43,995 nucleotides of DNA from an uncultured Candidatus Saccharibacteria bacterium (GTDB lineage Bacteria; Patescibacteriota; Minisyncoccia; Phycocordibacterales; JABMNX01). Location: NCBI GenBank assembly GCA_964625905.1, contig CAZVBS010000002.1:1-43995 (forward strand). Direction: 5' to 3'. The position numbers were made by a program, and so were the translations under genes. The notes under the pieces are model-generated. The model had not been told where the DNA came from, did not search any database, and saw only the letters and a program-made list of their open reading frames with translations. Each line of letters begins with the position of its first letter. Position 1 is the first letter of the stretch. This document shows positions 42,129 through 43,995 of this stretch, piece by piece.

Positions 42129-43751
42129 ATGAAACTATTAATAGTAGAGTCACCTGCGAAAGCAAAAACAATTTCAAAATATCTTGATGATAAATACACA
42201 GTCCGCGCATCTGTTGGGCATGTTCGTGATTTACCAAAAAGTAACAAAAATGCTATCGATATAGAAGCGGGCTTCGTCCCTAATTATGAAATATCAAAAG
42301 GTAAAGAAGATATCATAAGTGAACTTAAGAAACTTGCTAAAAAATCTGATGAAGTTCTTCTAGCAACTGACCCCGATAGAGAAGGAGAAGCTATTGCGTG
42401 GCACTTAAAAGAAATACTCAAACTTAAAGACCCAAAAAGAGTTGTATTTAATGAGATTACAAAAGAAGCTGTACAAGAAGCTGTGGCAAACCCAAGATTA
42501 ATAGATAACAACTTACGTAAAGCTCAAGAAGCTAGACGTATTTTAGACAGACTCGTTGGATATGATTTATCAGGGCTTATATGGAAAAAACTTCGATATG
42601 GACTCTCTGCTGGACGAGTACAGTCTCCTGCTCTTCGTATAATAATGGTACGTGAACGCGAAATACGCGCTTTTATTCCTGAAGACTTCTGGGTTTTAAC
42701 TGCTGATGTTACAACATCAAAGAAAGTAGATTTTACTTTAACGTGTTCTGAAGAACCAGAGACTGAAGAAGAAGCAAAAAGAATATGTGGAATTGGAAAG
42801 AAAGAAAATTGGATTATAAAAGGAGTTAAAGAAACGAATGCTAAACGCTCGCCAAAACCACCTTTTATAACATCAACATTACAACAAGTTGCTAGTACTC
42901 GACTAGGTTTTGCACCGAGTCGCACAATGGGTATAGCACAAAAACTATACGAATCTGGACATATAACATACATGCGTACAGATAGTACGAACTTAAGCAA
43001 TCAAGCTTTAACACAAATCGAAAAAGTTGTTAAAGATAAATACGGATCTAAATACAGCAACAAAAATGTATTCAAAGCAAAAAGCAAAGGCGCTCAAGAA
43101 GCACACGAAGCTATTCGACCTTCAAACTTCCTAAAAGAAAGTGCAGGAAACAATGAAGATCAAAAAAGTCTCTATACTCTGATATGGGAGAGAACTGTCG
43201 CATCACAAATGTCAGATGCAGAAATACTTCGTACTAAAATAACAGCTAATGTAACAAGCAAGGCTACAAGTGACACTATCCCAGATTTTGCAACAAATGG
43301 CTCACGTGTGTTATTTGAAGGTTGGTTAAAAGCAGATCCAAGAGCTCGTGGCGAAGACGTTGAACTTCCTGAAGTTACAAAAGATGAACCTGTAACACTT
43401 AAAGATATTCAGTCAGAAGGTAAACAAACACAACCTCCATTCAGATACACAGAAGCAGGTCTTATTAAAGAGCTTGAAAAGCGCGGGATAGGGCGACCTT
43501 CAACATATGCATCAATTATGAGGACTCTTCAAGACCGTGAATATGTAATAAAAGAAGGACGGACTCTTTTCCCTACTGATACTGGAGATGTAGTGAGTTC
43601 ATTCCTTGAGAAAGACTTTGAAAATTATATTAGTGACTCATTTACAGCAGAGCTGGAAAACGAGCTTGATGAAATAGCACAAGGAAAACGGGAGTACGAA
43701 AAAACACTTAAAGATTTCTATACACCGTTTAGTAAAGATCCTCGTGTTTGA
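42129..43751 (+). CDS. topA: DNA topoisomerase I, truncated at the composition break (C-terminal part missing)
   Basis: TOPRIM (LLIVESPAKAKTISKYL, ATDPDREGEAIAWH) and the active-site Tyr region GHITYMRTDS. The homologous sequence stops at ..KDFYTPFSKD (about 43738), and the last codons and the stop come from the GC-rich tail. Confidence 0.85.
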   Translation: MKLLIVESPAKAKTISKYLDDKYTVRASVGHVRDLPKSNKNAIDIEAGFVPNYEISKGKEDIISELKKLAKKSDEVLLATDPDREGEAIAWHLKEILKLKDPKRVVFNEITKEAVQEAVANPRLIDNNLRKAQEARRILDRLVGYDLSGLIWKKLRYGLSAGRVQSPALRIIMVREREIRAFIPEDFWVLTADVTTSKKVDFTLTCSEEPETEEEAKRICGIGKKENWIIKGVKETNAKRSPKPPFITSTLQQVASTRLGFAPSRTMGIAQKLYESGHITYMRTDSTNLSNQALTQIEKVVKDKYGSKYSNKNVFKAKSKGAQEAHEAIRPSNFLKESAGNNEDQKSLYTLIWERTVASQMSDAEILRTKITANVTSKATSDTIPDFATNGSRVLFEGWLKADPRARGEDVELPEVTKDEPVTLKDIQSEGKQTQPPFRYTEAGLIKELEKRGIGRPSTYASIMRTLQDREYVIKEGRTLFPTDTGDVVSSFLEKDFENYISDSFTAELENELDEIAQGKREYEKTLKDFYTPFSKDPRV

Positions 43752-43995
43752 CGGGGAGCCCCCGGGTGTTGCGGGATATCGGGAAAGCGATGGGGCGCGT
43801 CCACTCTCCGTGTATGGGAAAACGAAACACGCAGGCGAAGAGGGGGTCTTGGCCGCTTGCCCGGGTGCGGCGGTGGTGCGTTTGCCGTTGCTTTATGGAA
43901 ATTCCTTCGGGCGTGGCTTGGGCGCCAGTGATTCCCTGTGCAAGGCCATAGCGCATGGGGCGCGCCCGCATTTATTCACGGACGAATGGCGCACC
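43747..43995 (+). CDS. internal fragment of an RmlD-like NAD(P)-dependent reductase/epimerase from a high-GC source
   Basis: Frame 1 reads FDGEPPGVAGYRESDGARPLSVYGKTKHAGEEGVLAACPGAAVVRLPLLYGNSFGRGLGASDSLCKAIAHGARPHLFTDEWRT. It has the SDR catalytic YxxxK (YGKTK) and the vFDG..pY.E.D...P pattern of the RmlD substrate-binding domain family. It is open at both ends and has no start. Confidence 0.6.

Noticed and set aside
43729-43971. Track ORFs 43729..43971(-) and 43748..43951(+) in the GC-rich tail.
   Set aside because: High-GC DNA yields long spurious ORFs in several frames. Frame 1 on the plus strand gives a sequence with SDR/RmlD motifs (YGKTK and others), while these two give Arg/Pro/Gly-rich products with no motif.

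Overview
This is an AT-rich, gene-dense bacterial window. Spot counts give about one third G+C. About 60 genes are packed with short spacers, and almost all lie on the minus strand up to 41.1 kb; dprA and topA then run on the plus strand. Small domain-trimmed housekeeping proteins, Cys-rich type IV pilins, many exported thiol-redox proteins and almost no Shine-Dalgarno motifs suggest a reduced CPR/Patescibacteria-like genome (inference only).

Content in order:
- 1-0.5 kb: a prolyl-oligopeptidase fragment and tRNA-Ala(UGC).
- 0.5-8.4 kb: ddl, then a contiguous excision-repair block: a short uvrC, an orphan ORF, uvrA lacking its insertion domain, and uvrB.
- 8.6-10.6 kb: a tgt whose zinc-site cysteines are replaced, plus an exported FKBP with a CxxC mini-membrane protein.
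- 10.8-16.9 kb: a sugar block with a ROK kinase, a SIS-like protein, a membrane-anchored clan GH-A hydrolase, a transporter, a GH1 beta-glucosidase and a GT2.
- 17.0-18.9 kb: a DsbB-like protein, an exported thioredoxin and two tandem Cys-rich pilins.
- 19.1-19.9 kb: a roughly 330-nt GC-rich structured RNA I could not classify, then an alkyltransferase-like protein with Cys replaced by Phe.
- 20.45-29.4 kb: the most system-like feature. It is a roughly 9-kb co-directional cluster headed by a CsoR-family repressor with a textbook operator. It encodes rhodanese-DUF1573, DUF1573, CcdA/DsbD, a thioredoxin-like protein, a CPH-type Cu P-type ATPase, a DsbA-like protein, a CxxC membrane protein and a TM + 2x cytochrome-b5-like + beta-propeller protein.
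- 30.3-33.6 kb: a higher-GC island with an orphan protein, a GIY-YIG protein, a frameshifted pyrC and pyrD.
- 33.6-35.5 kb: a rearranged tRNA-Gln(UUG) locus with direct repeats and a decayed tRNA fragment split by a GC-rich hairpin.
- 35.6-43.7 kb: dnaX, dus, ftsQ-like, serS, dprA and topA.
- 43.74 kb to the end: the last 250 bp switch abruptly to about 60% G+C. The switch cuts topA and joins it to an internal fragment of an RmlD-like reductase, which looks like a chimeric or assembly junction.

No CRISPR array, rRNA, transposase or integrase gene was seen.
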